A stretch of DNA of 64,000 nucleotides from Vulcanimicrobiota bacterium (lineage in GTDB: Bacteria; Vulcanimicrobiota; Xenobia; Xenobiales; JADMJV01): contig JBFWNU010000001.1 of NCBI GenBank assembly GCA_050250895.1, positions 3,520,149-3,584,148 on the forward strand. Reading direction: 5' to 3'. A program made the position numbers and the translations under genes. Under the pieces are notes generated by a model, which did no database searches, was not told the origin of the DNA, and was given only the letters and a program-made list of their open reading frames with translations. Positions 58,754-64,000 of the stretch are shown one piece after another. Position 1 is the first letter of the stretch, and every line of letters starts with the position of its first letter.

Positions 58754-59185
58754 TCAGGCTTCCAGGCCTTCTACCGATTCACCGAATTCCTCGTCGCAAT
58801 CACTCTGATACTCGGTCAGCAGATTGTCACCCTGGACCAGATAGGCTAAGGCATCTTCCAGGGGCGCCTCCGAGGCATCCGTCAGACTGTCGAGCAGATC
58901 TACCAACCCCTGCTCGTAGCACTCGAAGGCGCCGAGCAAGAGATTGTGGGTCTCGACCATCAGTTCCGGAACGTCCACACCCTCCAGAGCCTCGAGGGTT
59001 TCGTCCACCTGACCCAGGCGACGTTCGAGCCCTGCGGCGCAGTCTTGCAGGCTGGTGGTTCCCTCGGCCAGAGGCCCGAGTTCTCGCAACACCTTCGAAC
59101 TAAGTCGATCGGTGCGCAGAAGCATCAGGCCGCCCGTTTCGGCCAGGATGGTGTTGAGTTCGTCGCGTCGAGTGTCGGTCAGCAT
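58754..59185 (-). CDS. Acidic helical hypothetical protein
   Basis: Starts 3 nt after the upstream stop and ends at the terminator. Confidence 0.7.
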   Translation of the reverse strand: MLTDTRRDELNTILAETGGLMLLRTDRLSSKVLRELGPLAEGTTSLQDCAAGLERRLGQVDETLEALEGVDVPELMVETHNLLLGAFECYEQGLVDLLDSLTDASEAPLEDALAYLVQGDNLLTEYQSDCDEEFGESVEGLEA

Positions 59186-59188
59186 CGT

Positions 59189-59620
59189 TTAGTTGTTCCT
59201 GAAAACGTCGACCATCTGCGAGGTCTGGGCCTTGTAGGCGCGCATGGCCATCCGCTCCTGGGGGCTGACGTTGCCATCGGCCATCGCCATCATCCGCATG
59301 GCTCGCTCGGTTCCTTTGCGCTGAGCCAGGGCGCCGACCTCTTTGCCGTTGATCTTGCCGCTGAGCACGCCATCGGCCAACTTGGCCTTTTCCATCATCT
59401 TGCGCATTCCACGGCCGCCGTGCGGTCCGTGGTGACCACCGCCGCAAGGTCCGCAGCCGCCGTGACCCCCGAGCCCGCCGGGTCCGCCAAAACCTCCCAG
59501 GCCGCCGAAGCCACCACCAAATCCGCCGCCGAAGGCGCCGGCCAGACCCGGTCCAAACCCGGCTCCGTTGGCCGAAAAACTGCTGCTCATCTTGAAATTC
59601 ATCGATACGTTCACGGGCAC
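59189..59620 (-). CDS. Glycine-rich hypothetical protein
   Basis: GGAGGAG RBS, GGGF repeats, and an EF-hand-like ADGNVSPQE. Confidence 0.7.
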   Translation of the reverse strand: MPVNVSMNFKMSSSFSANGAGFGPGLAGAFGGGFGGGFGGLGGFGGPGGLGGHGGCGPCGGGHHGPHGGRGMRKMMEKAKLADGVLSGKINGKEVGALAQRKGTERAMRMMAMADGNVSPQERMAMRAYKAQTSQMVDVFRNN

Positions 59621-59743
59621 TCTCCTCCGCTAACACTTGATTATGGAGTGATTCTAAGCCCAGGGCATGGACGCCGATTTGGATTGGAGACCCGGCCATG
59701 TTGCCGGGATGTAAACAGAATATGAGGAATTGTTACCGGCAGG

Positions 59744-60406
59744 TCACGGCGTGAGCAAGTCTTGAGCCCGATTGCGATCGCCCACCACCACCATCAGATC
59801 CTGGCGTCGAATTACCTCGGCAGCGGCCGGCGACACCACCGTGTCGTCGCCCCTGCGGATGGCCACCACCGTCAAGCCAAAGCGACTGCGCAGGTCCAAC
59901 TCTTGCAGGGTACACCCAGCAAAGTGGGCGGGAGCCTGCAACTCGAACATCGAGTGTTGAACGGTGAGGGGAACGACCTCGACGAAGTCGCGGGGGGCCA
60001 GAAAATCACGGGCCAGACGCAGGGCCACCTCGCGTTCGGGAAAGATGACCCGGTCGGCCCCGATGCGCTCGAGCACGCGGCCGTGGAGGGCGTTGGCAGC
60101 CTTGGCCACCAGATTCTTCGAGCCGTGCTCCTTGAGCAACAGCACGGTCATGAGGCTGGCTTCGATGTCGCTTCCGACAGCACAGACGGTGGCGTCGAAC
60201 TGATCGACTCCCACCTCGCGCATCACTTTTTCGTCGGTCGAGTCGGCCACGGCCGAGTGGATCAGGCGGTCGGCCACCTCCGAGACGGCTTCCTGGCGTA
60301 CATCCATCCCCATCACCTCGGCACCGAGTTCGGTGAGGGACAACGCCAGACTGCGTCCGAACCGACCCAGGCCAATGACCAATACTTGCAACGGTTTATC
60401 TTTCAT
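59744..60406 (-). CDS. ktrA: K+ uptake regulatory RCK subunit (TrkA/KtrA family)
   Basis: VIGLGRFG and GADRVIFPE, with a C-terminal TrkA_C domain. Confidence 0.9.
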   Translation of the reverse strand: MKDKPLQVLVIGLGRFGRSLALSLTELGAEVMGMDVRQEAVSEVADRLIHSAVADSTDEKVMREVGVDQFDATVCAVGSDIEASLMTVLLLKEHGSKNLVAKAANALHGRVLERIGADRVIFPEREVALRLARDFLAPRDFVEVVPLTVQHSMFELQAPAHFAGCTLQELDLRSRFGLTVVAIRRGDDTVVSPAAAEVIRRQDLMVVVGDRNRAQDLLTP

Positions 60407-61773
60407 CCTATGGCTACGTCCTCCGGAGGATACTTGATGGCCTGCTTCTGTGCCTCTTGATGCAGCAGACTGATGGCCAGGGTCAGCGGGCCCACCCGTC
60501 CGGCCAGCATGGCCAGACAAATCAGCAGCCTGGAAGGGGTGCCTAGAGTGGCCGTGATCCCGGTCGACAACCCGACCGTGGCCAGGGCCGAGGTCGCCTC
60601 GAAGAGCACCCGGTCGAAATCGTGAGGCTCGAGATAGTTCAATACCACCGACAACAGCCAAACCGAGGCCGCAGCCACCACCACCAGGGCCACCGACTGC
60701 AGGATCCGCGGCGTGGGAATTGAGCGGCCGTGGGCCTCGACCTGGTCGCGTCCCCGCGTCTGGGCCAGGGCGGCCAACAGTAGGATGGCCAGGGTGGTGG
60801 TTTTGATGCCCCCTGCGGTGGAGCCGGGAGAGCCGCCCACGAACATCAGAAAAACCATCCATTCCAGCGTTTCGCTTCGCACGGCGCTGAGATCGAGGGT
60901 GTTGAAACCAGCCGTGCGCGTGGTCACCGACTGGAAGAAGCTGGCTGTGATCCGAGTTGCCGGCGTAAGCTCGGCTAGCGTTGCGGCGTTGTCGTATTCA
61001 AAGCAGTAAAATCCGAGGGCACCAGTCACGATCAGCCCGGCCGAAACCCACAGCACCAGATAGGCGTGCAGGCTCAGGCGAACCTTCCGGCCCCGACCGT
61101 ATTGAAAGACATCCGCGCAAACCAGATAGCCCAGGCTGCCCACCACGATGAGAGCCATCACCACCAGGTTGACGGGAACATTGGCCACATCGGCCGAGAG
61201 ACTATCGCTCCAAATCGAAAAGCCAGCGTTGCAGAAGGCCGAGACCGAGTGAAAGACAGCCGCCCAGAGGGCCTCGCCCGCGGGCAGACGCTGGGACCAA
61301 AGCGCGAACAGCAGGATCGCGCCCACCAGCTCGCAACCCAGCGTAAACACCATCACCCTCTGGGTCAGCTGGGCCGCTCCCGAAAGGGAGAGACCCGGCA
61401 TGAACTGTTGCAGGGCAACCCGCTCGCGCAACCCCAGACGCCCCCCCAATAAGGTCAGCAGGGCGCTCGACCACAGCATGATGCCTAAACCGCCCAATTG
61501 GAACAGCAGCAGGATCACGGCCTGACCGGCCAGCGAATAGTCGGTGGCGGTGTCGACCACGGCCAGACCGGTTACGCACACGGCCGAGGTCGAGGTGAAG
61601 AGCGCCTCGAGCCAGCCAACCTTGTTGCTGGCATGGCAGACGGGCAGGCTCAGCAAAAGGGTTCCCAGACCGATCAGCGCCAGGAAGCTCAGCACCATCA
61701 GTTGCGATGGGCTGAGGTCTGGCCATGAATTCTTGCGCCGGCGGGCCGGCACCGGCATGATCGACTGCGGCAA
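60403..61773 (-). CDS. ktrB: K+ uptake membrane subunit (TrkH/KtrB family)
   Basis: TSAVCVTGL, SAFCNAGF, TRTAGF, GSTAGGIK and ATVGLS motifs. Confidence 0.92.
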   Translation of the reverse strand: MPQSIMPVPARRRKNSWPDLSPSQLMVLSFLALIGLGTLLLSLPVCHASNKVGWLEALFTSTSAVCVTGLAVVDTATDYSLAGQAVILLLFQLGGLGIMLWSSALLTLLGGRLGLRERVALQQFMPGLSLSGAAQLTQRVMVFTLGCELVGAILLFALWSQRLPAGEALWAAVFHSVSAFCNAGFSIWSDSLSADVANVPVNLVVMALIVVGSLGYLVCADVFQYGRGRKVRLSLHAYLVLWVSAGLIVTGALGFYCFEYDNAATLAELTPATRITASFFQSVTTRTAGFNTLDLSAVRSETLEWMVFLMFVGGSPGSTAGGIKTTTLAILLLAALAQTRGRDQVEAHGRSIPTPRILQSVALVVVAAASVWLLSVVLNYLEPHDFDRVLFEATSALATVGLSTGITATLGTPSRLLICLAMLAGRVGPLTLAISLLHQEAQKQAIKYPPEDVAIG

Positions 61774-61847
61774 AAATTGCTCCTAACGAACAGGCCGGCT
61801 TTGGTTCGGGAGCGCTCTTTTCCTTCTAAAACTGTGCGGGACGCAGT

Positions 61848-63995
61848 CTAGAGCAGCTTGTCGAGGGTAATGGGCAGCTGGCGGACCCTGATACCGGTCG
61901 CGTGAAAGACAGCGTTGGCGATGGCGGGACAAACAGCGATGCCACCGATCTCGCCCAGGCCTTTGACCCCCAGGGGGTTGATATGCGGGTCATCTTCGTG
62001 GACCAGGATGATTTCCACGTCGGGCATGTCGGCATGGCAGGGAAGATGATACTCGGCCAGGTTATGATTGACGAAGCGACCGGCGAGAGGGTCCAGCTGG
62101 CTGTGTTCGAGCAGAGCCATTCCCAGTCCCCAGACCACCCCACCCAGCACCTGGCTGCGAGCGGTCTTGGGGTTGAGCACGCGGCCGGCGGCGGCGGCGT
62201 TGACCACCCGAGCCACCCGCACCGTGCCCAACTCGCGGTCGACGCGGACCTCGGCGAAGGCGGCGCCGTGAGTGTAAGTCGAAAAATCCTCGGCTTTACC
62301 GGGGGGCTGACTGGTTGCGGTCACTTCGAGCTGGCTGCCATCGAGCAGCTGCTGAAGGTCGCGCGCCCAGACTTCTTGCCGGGTTTGCTCGACGGACATT
62401 CCAGCGCGCGAGGCGAGTTCTTGCATGAGCTTGTCGCAGACCGCCTTGACGGCCGAGCCGACCGAGGCCGCCGTCATCGAGCCACCCTCGAGGGGGGCCG
62501 AGGGCAGCCGGCTGTCGCCAAGGATAAACGTGATCCGGTCGAGGGGCAGTCCGGTAAACTCGGCCGCAATTTGCGTCATGATCGTGTACGTGCCGGTCCC
62601 TATATCCGAGGTGGCGGCGCTCACCGTCAGGCGACCCGAGGGGTCGAGGACGGCTCGGGCCGAGCACTCCATCTGCATGACTTCCCAGATGCCCGTCGCC
62701 ATGCCGTAGCCGACCAGCTCATGGCCTTGTGCTAGCGACCGGGGTTGGGGTGGACGCTTGCTCCAGCCGAAGGCCTCCGCTCCCAACATATAGCATTGCT
62801 TGAGCTCCTTGCTGGAGAACGGTTTACCGGTGGCGGGGTCTTGATGGCTGTAATTGCGCAGACGTAGTTCGAGCGGGTCGAGCGACAGCTTGTAGGAAAG
62901 CTCGTCCAGGGCGCACTCGAGGGCGAACAAGCCGGTGACTCCCCCGGGTGCTCGCATGTCGAGCGGGGTGTACAGGTCGAGGGGGACGGATTGATAGGAC
63001 AGACGGACATTCGGACATTCATAGAGGGTGGCCGCCCAATCGACTACCGTTTCGGCGTACTCCTCAAATCTAGAGGTCTCGGTGATGGCCTCGTGGATGA
63101 GGGCTTCCAGCTTGCCCTCGCGATCGGCTCCCAGGGCCACGCGTTGCCAGACCTGGGGTCGGTGGCCAAACGAGAACATCTGTTGGCGGGTCAGCACCAC
63201 TCGGATCGAACGCTCCAGATTGAGGGCCGCCAGCACCGCCAGATAGAGCTGCGCCTGGGGCCGCAAGGCCGAGCCAAAGGCGCCGCCCACGTAGGGCGAG
63301 CGAAGGGTCAGGCGATCCGCTCCCAGGCCGAAGACACGCTTGAGAAAACTCGAGGTGTTGACGATGCCCTGGGTCTTGTCATAGACGGTCAGGTGACCGT
63401 CTTCTTCCCAGACGACGGTGGTGGCGTGGGGTTCCATCGGGTTGTGGTGCTCGGCCGGCTGGAAATAGGTTGCCTCGAGCTGGACTGCGGCGTGCTCGAA
63501 GGCTTTGTCGGGTTGACCGCGCGGATCCGGTGGCTCGGCATAGCCGAGCTTGCCTTTTTGGGGCGGGCGACTTCGCTCGAGATGGCTGCGCAGATCCACT
63601 TCGTGAGGCTCGGTCGCATAATCGGCCTCGACCAGACGAGCCGCCGCCCGGGCCGCCTCGAAGCTTTCGGCCACGACCAGCGCGATGGGCTGATAAGGAA
63701 AGCGAATACGATCATCGCCCAGGGGTCGGTAGGGGGAGCCGGGTGGAGCCACCATGTCACGGAACTCCTCGTCGCTGACCTGGGGCGAGTCGACGTTCTG
63801 GTGGGTAAAGACTTTGACCACGCCGGTCTGCGCCTCGGCCGCGCGGGTGTCCAGGCTGCGCAGCCTGCCTTTGCTGATGGCCGCGCTCACGATCACGCCA
63901 TAGAGCAGGCGTGCGTCGGCGAACTCCCCTGCGTAGCAGGCTTCTCCGGTGACTTTGAGGGGGCCGTCGATCCGTTTGACTTCACTTGCGATCAC
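61848..63995 (-). CDS. Xanthine dehydrogenase family molybdopterin-binding subunit (YagR/PaoC-like), possibly 5'-truncated
   Basis: KVTGEACYA, HNPMEPH, VGGAFGS, MRAPG, DIGTGT and KGLGEIG motifs. The frame is open to the window end. Confidence 0.92.
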   Translation of the reverse strand: MIASEVKRIDGPLKVTGEACYAGEFADARLLYGVIVSAAISKGRLRSLDTRAAEAQTGVVKVFTHQNVDSPQVSDEEFRDMVAPPGSPYRPLGDDRIRFPYQPIALVVAESFEAARAAARLVEADYATEPHEVDLRSHLERSRPPQKGKLGYAEPPDPRGQPDKAFEHAAVQLEATYFQPAEHHNPMEPHATTVVWEEDGHLTVYDKTQGIVNTSSFLKRVFGLGADRLTLRSPYVGGAFGSALRPQAQLYLAVLAALNLERSIRVVLTRQQMFSFGHRPQVWQRVALGADREGKLEALIHEAITETSRFEEYAETVVDWAATLYECPNVRLSYQSVPLDLYTPLDMRAPGGVTGLFALECALDELSYKLSLDPLELRLRNYSHQDPATGKPFSSKELKQCYMLGAEAFGWSKRPPQPRSLAQGHELVGYGMATGIWEVMQMECSARAVLDPSGRLTVSAATSDIGTGTYTIMTQIAAEFTGLPLDRITFILGDSRLPSAPLEGGSMTAASVGSAVKAVCDKLMQELASRAGMSVEQTRQEVWARDLQQLLDGSQLEVTATSQPPGKAEDFSTYTHGAAFAEVRVDRELGTVRVARVVNAAAAGRVLNPKTARSQVLGGVVWGLGMALLEHSQLDPLAGRFVNHNLAEYHLPCHADMPDVEIILVHEDDPHINPLGVKGLGEIGGIAVCPAIANAVFHATGIRVRQLPITLDKLL

Positions 63996-64000
63996 CTGAT

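Overview
GC-rich, gene-dense bacterial chromosomal window with about 50 CDSs. I found no rRNA, tRNA or CRISPR array. The protein families present suggest Ca. Eremiobacterota/Vulcanimicrobiota, but this is a low-confidence inference. Ordinary content includes glgB, thiO, osmC, a dcp-like M3 peptidase, KtrAB-type K+ uptake, M42/M19/C26 peptidases, two Mo-enzymes, an MFS transporter and a Ser/Thr kinase. There is also a four-gene minor-pilin operon, three PilZ-containing proteins and a diguanylate cyclase. The most striking unexplained signal is that seven scattered, unrelated genes share one upstream DNA architecture: NTTMAN-like hexamers on a 10-11-bp repeat, then 10 (once 11) bp, then a TAGACT-like -10 box, often only 6-9 nt before the ATG. 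Most of the encoded proteins also begin with the same non-Sec leader (MKI-x-P...D-x-V/I-x-L-S), which suggests a co-regulated, co-exported cargo set. Other items of note are a class III cyclase with a guanylyl-cyclase signature, a bacterial homolog of fungal GH162 beta-1,2-glucanase, and a decayed Rhs toxin with intact immunity gene beside an HNH gene between direct repeats. The window also holds a structured intergenic repeat, a protein with 112-aa tandem repeats, and two small ORFs absent from the ORF track. All family assignments come from motif recognition by eye, not from database searches.
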